Origin: an uncultured Alphaproteobacteria bacterium
GTDB taxonomy: Bacteria > Pseudomonadota > Alphaproteobacteria > RF32 > CAG-239
DNA: 64,000 bases
Direction: 5' to 3'
Assembly (NCBI GenBank): GCA_944389095.1
Contig: CALXLC010000023.1
Location: 84 to 64,083 of the forward strand
Shown here: piece after piece, positions 18,781-28,050 of the stretch
Layout: each line of letters starts with the position of its first letter
Position numbering within the stretch: the stretch's first letter is position 1
Program-made: the position numbers and the translations under genes
Notes under the pieces: generated by a model
Database searches by the model: none
What the model saw: only the letters and a program-made list of their open reading frames with translations
Told to the model about the DNA's origin: nothing

Positions 18781-20595
18781 ATGTTTGAACCTCCCGTTTA
18801 TACACTCAAAAACGTCAGTCTGGCCTTTGGAACAAATCAGTTGTTCCGAAATGTGGAGCTGTATATCAACCGCGGTGACAAAATCTCGCTGGTCGGACGC
18901 AACGGCTGCGGAAAATCAACCCTGCTGAAAGTTATTGCCGGCGAAATTGAACCCGACGGCGGCGAAATTTTTATGCAGCCGGGAATTTCTGTTGCCTATA
19001 TGCCTCAAGAACCAAATTTTGAGGGTTTTAAAACTTTGCGGGAAGTGGTGGAAGCCGGTTTGCCCAAAGACGAACACGGTTTGTTTTATCTGGCAGACAT
19101 GTGGATTGAGAAGCTCAGAATCAACGCCGGACAAAATCCGGCAGAAGCTTCCGGCGGCGAACGACGCAAAGCGGCTTTGGCCCGGGCACTGGTCGGGAAT
19201 CCGGATATTCTGCTGCTGGACGAACCGACCAATCATCTGGATATTGAAGCCATTGAAACTCTGGAACAGACAATAAACGACTTTAGCGGGGCGGTTGTGG
19301 TCATTTCGCATGACCGGATGTTTTTGAACCATGTTTCCCGAACGACTTTCTGGCTCGACCGCGGTATTATGCATCGCAACAACAAAGGGTTTCAGTTTTT
19401 TGAAGAATGGCAGGAACAAATCATTAATCAGGAACTGATTGAACAATACCATCTTAATAAAAGAATCGAAGAAGAGACCGAGTGGCTGCATAAGGGCGTC
19501 ACGGCCAGACGGCGGCGCAACATGGGGCGGTTGAGGCGTCTGCAACAGCTGCGCCGGGAACGCCGGGAGCAAATCAAACAGGCGGGTTCGGTCAATCTGA
19601 TGATTGAAGAAGGCGATTTTCGTTCCAAACTGGTCATTGAGGCCAAGCATATCTGCAAAAGTTTCGGAGACCGTCTTATTGTCAATGATTTTTCAACGCG
19701 AATCATCAAAGGCAACAAAATCGGCATCGTCGGACCGAACGGTGCCGGGAAAACGACCCTGGTCAAACTGCTGACCAAACGTCTGGAACCGGATTCCGGT
19801 TTTGTGAGAATCGGGAAAAATCTGGAAGAAGCTTATTTTGATCAAAACAGAATCGATCTTGACCCCAAAAAAACGCTCTGGCAGACTCTGTGCGACAAAG
19901 GCGACCATATTATGGTGCACGGGCAATACCGCCATGTGGTGGCCTACCTGAAAGATTTTTTGTTTAAGCCGGAGCAGGCCAACTGTCCCGTAGCGGCCTT
20001 GTCCGGCGGCGAGAAAAATCGACTGATGCTGGCGGTAACCCTGGCCAAACCGTCAAATTTTCTGGTTTTGGACGAGCCGACCAACGATCTGGACATGGAC
20101 ACGCTTGATTTGTTGCAGGAGGTGTTGTCCGATTACGCGGGAACAGTACTGATTGTCAGTCACGACCGGGATTTTTTGGACCGGGTGGTTTCTTCGGTTA
20201 TTTATATGAAAGGCGACGGCAGTTTGTATGAGAACGCCGGAAGCTACAGCGAACTGCTTGAAAAAATTTCGACATTGCCGCAACCGGCCGCCGCTGCGGC
20301 GAAGGTCAAGGAATCGGTCAAACCGGCGGTTGCCAAAACGTCTTCGGGTACAAAAAAACTCAGCTATAACCAAAAACGTCTGCTGGAAGTGCTGCCCGGG
20401 GAAACCGAGGCGCTCGGCAGGGAAATCCGACAGATTGAAGAGGCCCTGTCAGACGCTTCGCTGTATACGGAAAATCCGCAACAGTTTGAAGCGCTTTCCT
20501 CCGCTTTGGCAGAGAAAAAGCAGACCCTTGAAGATAAAGAAAATCAATGGCTTGAACTGCAGCTTTTGAAAGAAGAACTAGAGGCGGCCGAATGA
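18781..20595 (+). CDS. uup: ABC-F family ATPase (Uup-like)
   Basis: Two NBDs: GRNGCGKST...SGGERRKAALARAL...LLLDEPTNHLD, and GPNGAGKTT...LSGGEKNRLMLA...LVLDEPTNDLD. No TMD. C-terminal coiled coil. Confidence 0.88.
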   Translation: MFEPPVYTLKNVSLAFGTNQLFRNVELYINRGDKISLVGRNGCGKSTLLKVIAGEIEPDGGEIFMQPGISVAYMPQEPNFEGFKTLREVVEAGLPKDEHGLFYLADMWIEKLRINAGQNPAEASGGERRKAALARALVGNPDILLLDEPTNHLDIEAIETLEQTINDFSGAVVVISHDRMFLNHVSRTTFWLDRGIMHRNNKGFQFFEEWQEQIINQELIEQYHLNKRIEEETEWLHKGVTARRRRNMGRLRRLQQLRRERREQIKQAGSVNLMIEEGDFRSKLVIEAKHICKSFGDRLIVNDFSTRIIKGNKIGIVGPNGAGKTTLVKLLTKRLEPDSGFVRIGKNLEEAYFDQNRIDLDPKKTLWQTLCDKGDHIMVHGQYRHVVAYLKDFLFKPEQANCPVAALSGGEKNRLMLAVTLAKPSNFLVLDEPTNDLDMDTLDLLQEVLSDYAGTVLIVSHDRDFLDRVVSSVIYMKGDGSLYENAGSYSELLEKISTLPQPAAAAAKVKESVKPAVAKTSSGTKKLSYNQKRLLEVLPGETEALGREIRQIEEALSDASLYTENPQQFEALSSALAEKKQTLEDKENQWLELQLLKEELEAAE

Positions 20596-21552
20596 TGATT
20601 TTTTTATAATCTGCCAGCCGGCGGCCGCCAGACGAGAGGTTTTCTGCAAAAAATTCGGTGTTTTTTCGGAAGCATACTGACGATAATAGCGTTGCAGCAT
20701 TTTACGATATCCGGCATTAAGTTTTTTCAGTGCGGCCGGCAGTCTTTTTCCCCGGTTTTGTTCGGCATTAAATACCGAAGCATAGCGGCTCTCTTCCGAA
20801 CCCAATGAAGTACTGGCAATCCGACCGTCCCACTGTTCGTGAGCCAGCAGGAAGGCTTTGCCAAGATACGAACTGGCGCCGAATTTGTCTTTGATACGGA
20901 CACCGCAATTAAAACTGAAAAAATGCACCGGCTTGGTAAAAAACTTGTAATCTTCCGGCTTGATAACAACCCCGTGACGCCCGGAAAAAGAAACAAAGTG
21001 ATTCCAAAGGCGTTTTCTGGTTTCGGCATCGGCAAAATCGAACCCCTGCCCGGCCCAGATATAACCGCCGCACCCGGCAATGCCGCTGCGGTCATTGTTG
21101 GACGTGGCCTCCAGCAGAATTTCTGACGGAAAGGTTTTTCTGTCTTTGCGCTGACGGTCCTGCGCCCGGATAAATTCGCGCAAATTATTCAGCAGGCGTA
21201 CGGCGACGCGGCTGTGACCTTTCCCCTCCATGCGGTACAAATTGTCCCAGTGAACGCTGACCTGATCGTCGGTCATAAAAAAACTTGCCGTCATTTTCAG
21301 TTTTTCCCGGGAATCGGATAATTCCGCTTCAAGCCTGACGCCGTAAAAAGGATTAGCCGGGTCTTCGTTATAGGGGATTTTTTGAATTCCGGTATAAACC
21401 GTCCGGTATCCTTCCACCCGGAAAGGCCAATGTTCCACCGCTTCTGACGAAAGCTCTCCAAAATAGTCATTTAAATCCCCCGGTTGCAGCTTGCAACCGA
21501 CACCTGCTGCCGAGGCGGATTTAATTTGCTGTTCCAAATCTGCGCTTTTCAT
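20578..21552 (-). CDS. Hypothetical protein, possible GNAT-like fold
   Basis: 324-aa ORF. YRMEGKGHSRVAVRLLNNL fits the R-x-x-G-x-G acetyl-CoA motif A. GGYIWAGQGFDF fits the following beta-bulge/Y..GF region. The 3' end overlaps uup by 18 nt, convergently. Confidence 0.3.
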   Translation of the reverse strand: MKSADLEQQIKSASAAGVGCKLQPGDLNDYFGELSSEAVEHWPFRVEGYRTVYTGIQKIPYNEDPANPFYGVRLEAELSDSREKLKMTASFFMTDDQVSVHWDNLYRMEGKGHSRVAVRLLNNLREFIRAQDRQRKDRKTFPSEILLEATSNNDRSGIAGCGGYIWAGQGFDFADAETRKRLWNHFVSFSGRHGVVIKPEDYKFFTKPVHFFSFNCGVRIKDKFGASSYLGKAFLLAHEQWDGRIASTSLGSEESRYASVFNAEQNRGKRLPAALKKLNAGYRKMLQRYYRQYASEKTPNFLQKTSRLAAAGWQIIKKSSFGRL

Positions 21553-21556
21553 TTGA

Positions 21557-22117
21557 TTACGGACGGAAGACTTCCTTCCCCTCCAATATGGCGTTAATCC
21601 GGTACAAATTATTTTTAATCATGGCCAGTTCTTCATCGGTGATTTTTTCGGCATTAATCTGTTGCTCTTGCCGGGTGATGATTTTCTTCATATTTTCGAG
21701 TTCGGAATCCGACGCGTCATTCAGTCGCAACTGACGCAAAACCTTTTTGTTGGCCTCCAGATGTTCTGTCAGAGCCGCAGTTTTGACAGCCGCTTTAAGC
21801 CGTTGTTCTATAAAAAAGAACCGATCAACGTTCCAGCCCTGGCCATCAAGCCAACGTATCAACTGCGGAGAAAATTTCTCTCCGGGACGGCCGTCCGTCA
21901 GCGAAATCTGCTGGACACCGAAGCGACTGATATCCTTGCTCATAAACTCCGACCAGGTAAGCAAAAAGGCGTTGATTTTATCGGGTGTCAGAAGTTCTCC
22001 CGGCTGCGGCGGCAAAGCGCGCTCATCTTCTATGCGGCCGAGTTTGTTTAACGGCGTCAGCAATATCCACAGAACGGCTATAAAGGTGACAATTATGATT
22101 GCAAAATTGCGCCACAT
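21557..22117 (-). CDS. Hypothetical N-terminally anchored membrane protein
   Basis: Start MWRNFAIIIVTFIAVLWILLTPL lies 1 nt after the upstream stop. Rest is a predicted helical soluble domain. No family recognised. Confidence 0.55.
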   Translation of the reverse strand: MWRNFAIIIVTFIAVLWILLTPLNKLGRIEDERALPPQPGELLTPDKINAFLLTWSEFMSKDISRFGVQQISLTDGRPGEKFSPQLIRWLDGQGWNVDRFFFIEQRLKAAVKTAALTEHLEANKKVLRQLRLNDASDSELENMKKIITRQEQQINAEKITDEELAMIKNNLYRINAILEGKEVFRP

Positions 22118-22118
22118 C

Positions 22119-23018
22119 TTACCACCGCAGATTGGATATGACATATGACGGCGACACGTCATATCCGTTGGACAATTCCCGGGTTTTGGCGACATCCGGA
22201 ATATAACCCTCGCCCAAATAGTTAACATGCACGCCTTTTGAAACCAAAACGGCATCCGCCCCTATCAGACCGGCGCCTTTAATGTCCGTGGCCAGATTGT
22301 CCCCGATGACAAGCGTGGTTTCCGGCCGGGCAATTCCGTCCAGACAGTAGTTAAAAACTGCGGCATCGGGCTTGCCGACGGTGATAATCCGTCCGCCCAT
22401 AACGGCATATTGCTCCGCCAACGCCCCGGGCGCCAGGCATATTTTGCCGTTTTTGAAACTGGACGTGTCATTGCCGGCACAAATAAACGGCAACCCCAGA
22501 CTGGCTGCATGCTCCAGCGCGGGCAGGTATTTTTCAAGCACGTCATCGGCCGATGCCACTTCGCTCATATAAAGAAAATGTGCGTTTTCTATTCCTCCGG
22601 CCGGTTCGTAATCCAGTCCGGCAAATACGCCGTCATCCGCTACGGATCCCAGACGGTAATACCGGTTACCGACGGCGGAAAAATCGCCGCGGCGGGCTTT
22701 AAGCTTGTAGTGCAGAATTTCGCCGGCCGTCATAATGCAGTCAAAAACCGACAAATCGGCTCCGGCCGCAGCCAGTTCCGCCCCCAGAAGGGCTATCCGG
22801 CGCGACGTGTTGCTGATGACAATGATTTTTTTGCCGCTTTCGGACAAACGGCGCAAACAAACCGCGGCATCCGGCAGCAAACCGTTTCCTTCGCTCAAAA
22901 CACCGCTGTACCCCAGTACGAAAGTCTCGTAGTTATCGGCTATTTTGGAAATATTTACAATCGGTTTTATCATTTTCATTGTTGGCATGTCCCGGCAAAA
23001 GGCGTCCGATATCTTCAA
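22119..23018 (-). CDS. HAD-superfamily IIA-like protein with degenerate motif I
   Basis: Motifs II (VISNTS), III (GKPD) and IV (GDNLATDIKGA) are present. Motif I reads FVLGYSGVL where D-x-D/GVL is expected. The start may be the ATG at 22979 (MKMIKPIV). Confidence 0.65.
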   Translation of the reverse strand: MKISDAFCRDMPTMKMIKPIVNISKIADNYETFVLGYSGVLSEGNGLLPDAAVCLRRLSESGKKIIVISNTSRRIALLGAELAAAGADLSVFDCIMTAGEILHYKLKARRGDFSAVGNRYYRLGSVADDGVFAGLDYEPAGGIENAHFLYMSEVASADDVLEKYLPALEHAASLGLPFICAGNDTSSFKNGKICLAPGALAEQYAVMGGRIITVGKPDAAVFNYCLDGIARPETTLVIGDNLATDIKGAGLIGADAVLVSKGVHVNYLGEGYIPDVAKTRELSNGYDVSPSYVISNLRW

Positions 23019-23146
23019 TTTGAAGGCATAATAGACGATTCCCGCATAAAAAACAAGTAAATAAACATAGTTTTGGAAAATATTCGGCCATTCTTTCCGG
23101 TTTTTGATTTAACAGCGGAACTCTCCTCGCCGTGAAGTCTTTTTGT

Positions 23147-23175
23147 TTGACAAAAAATTGACGATATTGTATAAT
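23147..23175 (+). promoter_or_regulatory. Consensus sigma70 promoter (TTGACA, 17-nt spacer, TATAAT)
   Basis: TTGACA at 23147-23152 and TATAAT at 23170-23175, with an exact 17-nt spacer. About 215 nt upstream of the next plausible start codon. Confidence 0.55.
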
Positions 23176-23302
23176 GGGAAATGCTTGAATACGGAGTATG
23201 TTTATTATTAGGTTGATTTTTTTGTCGTTGTCTGAGGTTTTGCGCTTTAAGATGATGATGGGAAGGTTTTGGCCGAAATTGAAGTAACTCTCAAGGCAGG
23301 CA

Positions 23303-23344
23303 GTTGTCCGGACGGTTTTGCCGTTGTCTCCCGGACAGCTTTTC
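23303..23344 (+). terminator. Terminator/attenuator-like hairpin in the leader
   Basis: GTCCGG-ACGG-ttttg-CCGT-tgtctc-CCGGAC (23306-23336), followed by agcttttc. Confidence 0.4.
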
Positions 23345-23392
23345 AAAATTAACCCAATCGGAGACTTGGGCGCCATTAAAAATTTTCAGACT

Positions 23393-24475
23393 ATGGCAAC
23401 AAAAATCATTTCAAAAGAGAGCGTTAACACTATGTTTAATCTGACCGGCGATGCTTGGCGCTGGTGTGTTCGGGGAGCGGGAAAGATTGTGGAAGGAATC
23501 TACATTGCACTTGCCGTTGCGGTGCTATTGGTATTTATCTACAATCCTCTTGTTTTCATTCCTTACAGCTTATTGGCGCCGAAAGGAGCTGCCGGAATTC
23601 TGTATGCTGACCTTCCCGTCTTGGCGGAGTTTCTGCAAACATTTTACCGGCCATGGGTGGCCCTTCTGCCAATGCGGTGGAAAAGATACTTTATGGCTAA
23701 ACGCGGTTTGGTGTTCTATTCCGCAAAACAGCAGGTAAAATATTATCGTTACAGCTCTGCGGAAGGAGACGATTGTAAAATCAAAATTTTGAAGAGTCTC
23801 AGCCGGGAAGCCTGCACACAGATTTGGCATGACGATGTCAGACCGGAGGACCTTATTTTATTAATAAAGTCCGGTTTTGCCCTGAATGACGAGCAATTTC
23901 TGTTCTTGCTAAACTATGCCGAGAACAAGTTTGGCAAACGCTGGGATATATCTCTGGTTCAGACATGCCTGGCCAAGAACACCCCGTCAGATATACAGAA
24001 ACTTGAATTGCTAAAGACTGGCGATAAGACAGGCGATAAGGCTTTTCTGACTTTGTTTTTTGACTGCATCAAAAAATACGGTGCGAGCGCCGAACTGGTT
24101 AACCGGGTATTTGAAGAACATCCTCAGGCTACGGCAGAACTGAAATCCGCGCTGCAGGAATACAGCGAACGACAAATTGCCTTGTACGGCGAAGCCGAGA
24201 TATGGGCACAGTTTCTGATCGAAAAAGCTCGGGAAACAATTACCGTTTCGGCACAAAAAGCTATGGCCGTCTGGCAGTATAAGGCTTTTCATGCTGCCGG
24301 TTTTAAGCTTTCCGAAGAGGCCATAAATTATTTTCTGAGCAAAGCTAACCGGGAAATGTGCCGCCTGATTATGGCATATGAACCGGCTGAGGCATTCAAT
24401 GAAATTGCTCAGACGTTGATTACCGCCAATCCGGAATTGCGAAAAATGCAGCTTCTGACGAAAAAAGCCGCCTGA
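23393..24475 (+). CDS. Hypothetical membrane-associated protein
   Basis: ORF with one or two N-terminal hydrophobic helices (IYIALAVAVLLVFIYNPLVFIPY). The start is uncertain: ATG at 23393 or 23432, or the track's TTG at 23318, which lies inside the hairpin. Confidence 0.55.
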   Translation: MATKIISKESVNTMFNLTGDAWRWCVRGAGKIVEGIYIALAVAVLLVFIYNPLVFIPYSLLAPKGAAGILYADLPVLAEFLQTFYRPWVALLPMRWKRYFMAKRGLVFYSAKQQVKYYRYSSAEGDDCKIKILKSLSREACTQIWHDDVRPEDLILLIKSGFALNDEQFLFLLNYAENKFGKRWDISLVQTCLAKNTPSDIQKLELLKTGDKTGDKAFLTLFFDCIKKYGASAELVNRVFEEHPQATAELKSALQEYSERQIALYGEAEIWAQFLIEKARETITVSAQKAMAVWQYKAFHAAGFKLSEEAINYFLSKANREMCRLIMAYEPAEAFNEIAQTLITANPELRKMQLLTKKAA

Positions 24476-24487
24476 TTACGCTCTAAA

Positions 24488-24533
24488 ACAAAAAAAGCGT
24501 TTTCCTCCGAAACCGGGGAAAACGCTTTTTTTA
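24488..24533. terminator. Bidirectional terminator between convergent genes
   Basis: agcgttttcc/ggaaaacgct stem (24496-24526), flanked by an A-run and T7. Confidence 0.8.
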
Positions 24534-24543
24534 TTGAACTGGC

Positions 24544-25977
24544 TTAAAAGAACAAATCCCTTTCACCGGATTTTATCCGCGCCATTCGCCGACGCAAAAT
24601 CTGTTTGCGAGAATCACCTTCGGGAATAGCAGCCGTTTCTCTTTCTATTGCGGCCAAAGCTTTGTCCCGGGTAGCCGGAGACGCGTAATCTTCCGCATAT
24701 TCCAACAGCGTCAGAACCGCATTCGGCGTGCAAAACTTTTTGACAAAGCCGGGACGGGCAAATTCCATAAAGTGCTCGCCGGTGCGGCCGAGACGATAAC
24801 AGCCGGTGCAAAATGACGGCAGATAGCCGGCTTCGCACAACTGACCGATGACCTCGTCAAGCGAACGGTTGTCACTCAAAATAAACTGGCTCTTTTTGCC
24901 GCTGGCAATTTCATCCTGTCCGGAATAAGCCCCGACCCCGATGTCCGAACCGGCGTCAATCTGACTGATTCCGTAAGCGATTGCCTCATTGCGTAGGTGA
25001 ACCGGTTCTCGGGCCGTCAATATCATTCCGGTATACGGAACGGCCAGACGAATCACCGCAATCATCCGCATAAATTCTTCATCCGTCGGGGCATAAGGCG
25101 GATGATTGGCGTAATCGGTTCCGATGGCCGGTTCAATCCGCGGAAAAGAAATCGTATGCGGCCCGACGCCGAATTTCCGTTCCAGATGAATGGTGTGATA
25201 CAACATGGCCAGCGCTTCGAATTTATGATTATACAACCCGATCAACGCCCCCATGCCGACGTCATCAATTCCGGCTTCCATGGCCCGGTCAAACGCAAAC
25301 AAACGCCATAAATAATCGGCCTTCAGCCCGCTGGGATGAACCGAACGGTATGTCGGCTGATGGTAGGTTTCCTGAAAAATCTGGTATGTGCCGATACCGG
25401 CCGCTTTTACCGTTTTGAAACCTTCCACATCCAGCGGGGCGGCATTGATATTTACGCGCCTGATTGCCCCTCTGCCTTCTTTGACGGAATATACTTTGCG
25501 CACGGTGGCCGCAATATATTCCGGATCATAAAGCGGATGTTCGCCATAAACCATTATCAGACGTTTGTGCCCTTTGGCCTCCAGCGAGCGAACCTCGGTT
25601 TCGAGCTCATCCATGGTCAGCGTTTTGCGAACCAAAGCCTGATTACTCTTGCGAAAACCGCAATAAGTACAGTTGTTGATGCATTTGTTGCCGACGTAAA
25701 GCGGCGCAAACAAAACGATACGATTGCCGTAAATCATTTTTTTCAATATCCGGGCGCCCTCTTTGATTTCTTCAACCAAATCAGGATCATCCACATTGAG
25801 AAGCACAGCCATTTCTGCCGGATCAAGCCGGTTCTTGGCCAGGGACTTGGCAATAATTTCGCGAACGAGGATTTTGTCATTACTCTTGATTTTCAGCAAG
25901 TTTTCTATCTCTTCTTCGGGGATAAAACTTTGCAAACCCTTGGTGTCGACTTTAGGAAGTCCTTTTAATTTATTCAT
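24544..25977 (-). CDS. hydG: [FeFe]-hydrogenase H-cluster radical SAM maturase HydG
   Basis: 477 aa. Radical-SAM motif CINNCTYC. The C-terminal CTGC-x22-C (CTGCYRLGRTGEHFMEFARPGFVKKFC) distinguishes HydG from the shorter ThiH. Confidence 0.85.
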   Translation of the reverse strand: MNKLKGLPKVDTKGLQSFIPEEEIENLLKIKSNDKILVREIIAKSLAKNRLDPAEMAVLLNVDDPDLVEEIKEGARILKKMIYGNRIVLFAPLYVGNKCINNCTYCGFRKSNQALVRKTLTMDELETEVRSLEAKGHKRLIMVYGEHPLYDPEYIAATVRKVYSVKEGRGAIRRVNINAAPLDVEGFKTVKAAGIGTYQIFQETYHQPTYRSVHPSGLKADYLWRLFAFDRAMEAGIDDVGMGALIGLYNHKFEALAMLYHTIHLERKFGVGPHTISFPRIEPAIGTDYANHPPYAPTDEEFMRMIAVIRLAVPYTGMILTAREPVHLRNEAIAYGISQIDAGSDIGVGAYSGQDEIASGKKSQFILSDNRSLDEVIGQLCEAGYLPSFCTGCYRLGRTGEHFMEFARPGFVKKFCTPNAVLTLLEYAEDYASPATRDKALAAIERETAAIPEGDSRKQILRRRMARIKSGERDLFF

Positions 25978-26071
25978 AAAGCATATAATTTAATAAATTA
26001 AACATCAAAATAAATTATCAGAGCTTACTTTAGTCTTTTTGCGTCAAGAGTCAATGATTAACCGCAAAGAT

Positions 26072-27286
26072 TTACGCCGCCTTTACCCGGCGCCAGGCTT
26101 GCAAAGCCTCTGGAAACGGCGCCAAAACCCGTTCAAGAACGTCCTTGAGTTCGGAAATGCAGACGCCGTAATTGGTTATCGGCACCCCCGCACTTTCGCA
26201 GCGGTTAATGCGGGACAACATTTCCCGGCGGTTTTGCACGCAGCCGCCGCACTGAATGACCAGTTTGTACTCCTTCAGGTTTTGCGGAAAATCGTGTCCG
26301 GCAACGTGGTCGATTTGCAGTTCTTTCCCGGTTTTTTGCCGCAGCCAGCGCGGAATCTTGACCCGGCCGATGTCATCTTCCACCGCATGGTGCGTGCAGG
26401 ATTCCGCTATCAGCACCTTGTCGCCGTTTTGCAGCGCTTTGACGGCGGCGGCTCCTTCCACCAGCCTGACGATATCACCTTTGAGCCGCGCCATTAATAT
26501 CGAAAACGTGGTGCAGGGGACATCCTGCGGCGTGTGCGCCACCATAAAATCAACCACCTGCGAATCGCAAACGACCAAATCCGGCTTCTTTTTAAGATTA
26601 TCCAGCGCGGCCTGATAATCCGTTTCTTTTACCACGGTAATTATCTGGTCATGATCCAGGCAGTCGCGGATGGCCTGAACTTGCGGCAAAATGATGCGGC
26701 CTTTGGGCGCTTCGTAATCTATCGGCACAATCATAATAACATGTCCGTGCTGCGGGCACAGATCGCCCAGCATGGCCGGCGGATTGATAAAATCTTCCGG
26801 GCAAACTTTCAGCAGTTCGGCCTTAAGACGGTTGAGCACATCGCTCCGGCTGCTTAAATCCGTTGAATTTACGGCTATACCGTCCCCTTCGTGCGGCAAA
26901 ATATCGGCTTTGTTAAAAATTTTGATTAACGGCAGCCTGCGCGCGGCGGTTTCGTCAATAATCCGCTGTTCTTCTTCTCCGATTTGATTGCCTTCACATA
27001 CCAGAACAATCACATCGGCCCGCTCCCAAACAGATTTCGTTTTGCCAAGGCGGGCAGCCGCCAAGCCGGTTTTATCCCCGTATCCGGCCGTATCCAGCCA
27101 AACAATCGGTCCAAGCGGCAGAAGCTCCTGCGCCTTTTCAACCACATCGGTCGTTGTTCCCTCCTGCGCGGAAGTAATTGAAACATTTTGCCCGGCAACC
27201 AGATTCAAAAAACTTGACTTGCCGGAATTGACCCGGCCCATCAGAGCCAGATGAAGACGCAATGCTTTGGGCGCTTTTTCCATCAT
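26072..27286 (-). CDS. hydF: [FeFe]-hydrogenase maturation GTPase HydF
   Basis: G1 GRVNSGKS, G3 DTAG and G4 NKAD are present. The C-terminal cluster motif is SCTH...(45 aa)...QCGGC. Confidence 0.82.
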   Translation of the reverse strand: MMEKAPKALRLHLALMGRVNSGKSSFLNLVAGQNVSITSAQEGTTTDVVEKAQELLPLGPIVWLDTAGYGDKTGLAAARLGKTKSVWERADVIVLVCEGNQIGEEEQRIIDETAARRLPLIKIFNKADILPHEGDGIAVNSTDLSSRSDVLNRLKAELLKVCPEDFINPPAMLGDLCPQHGHVIMIVPIDYEAPKGRIILPQVQAIRDCLDHDQIITVVKETDYQAALDNLKKKPDLVVCDSQVVDFMVAHTPQDVPCTTFSILMARLKGDIVRLVEGAAAVKALQNGDKVLIAESCTHHAVEDDIGRVKIPRWLRQKTGKELQIDHVAGHDFPQNLKEYKLVIQCGGCVQNRREMLSRINRCESAGVPITNYGVCISELKDVLERVLAPFPEALQAWRRVKAA

Positions 27287-27288
27287 GA

Positions 27289-28050
27289 TTAATTGTCCTT
27301 TTGTTTTTGATATCCGGACAGACGGGTAATGACATAATTAGCGGCCGTCAGCCCGAAAATAGCAGTTATGGTCGGCAGAGAGCCCATCTTGCGGTGGCAG
27401 CGGCCGGCTTCGTCTCCCTCATCCGCCTCGCCCAGCGCGGTCGGCGGCAGATTAACAGGCTCATCGGAATAAACGCAGGTTATCCGGCTGATGTCAATGT
27501 CCCGCTTGCGCAGACGACGACGGACAAATTTGGCCAGGCCGCAGTTTTTGCTGGCGCTCAGCGGACCGCATTTGATAAACGAAGCGTCGGTTTTAAGCGC
27601 CGCCCCCATGGAAGAAATAAACGGAATGCCGCGTTTGTACAACGCCTCCATCAGGCAACATTTGGCATTGAGCGAATCGATGGCATCGACCACGAAATCG
27701 ACGGAATAATCCAATAACTGAGGTATCGTCCCGGCATTGACAAAGACATCCGCCGTTTCGACCCGGCAGGCGGGATTAATATCCCAAACCCGGCGGCGCG
27801 CCGCTTCGGTTTTGGCCAGTCCGAGCGTGGAATGCAGCGCCAGAATCTGCCGGTTGAGGTTTGAAAGTTCAAACTTATCAAAATCAACCAGAATCAGACG
27901 ACCGACACCGGCCCGCGCCAGCGCCTCCAGAACATAACCGCCGACCGCGCCAAGCCCCACGAGCATAACGGAGGCGTTTTGCAGGCGGGATATTCCTTCG
28001 TCGCCCAACAACATGCGGGTACGGGAAAAAGCGTCATCATTTTCCGACAT
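27289..28050 (-). CDS. tcdA: ThiF/MoeB-family protein, TcdA-like tRNA t6A dehydratase
   Basis: MSENDDAFSRTRMLLG..G...L....V.LVGLGAVGG...EALARAGVGRLILVDFD....SNLNRQ. The stop lies 2 nt before the hydF ATG. Confidence 0.75.
   Translation of the reverse strand: MSENDDAFSRTRMLLGDEGISRLQNASVMLVGLGAVGGYVLEALARAGVGRLILVDFDKFELSNLNRQILALHSTLGLAKTEAARRRVWDINPACRVETADVFVNAGTIPQLLDYSVDFVVDAIDSLNAKCCLMEALYKRGIPFISSMGAALKTDASFIKCGPLSASKNCGLAKFVRRRLRKRDIDISRITCVYSDEPVNLPPTALGEADEGDEAGRCHRKMGSLPTITAIFGLTAANYVITRLSGYQKQKDN

Noticed and set aside
24544-25977. Alternative call of this radical-SAM gene as thiH (tyrosine lyase for thiamine)
   Set aside because: It is about 100 aa longer than ThiH, carries the HydG-specific C-terminal C-x2-C-x22-C cluster motif, and is adjacent to hydF. 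No thi genes are nearby.
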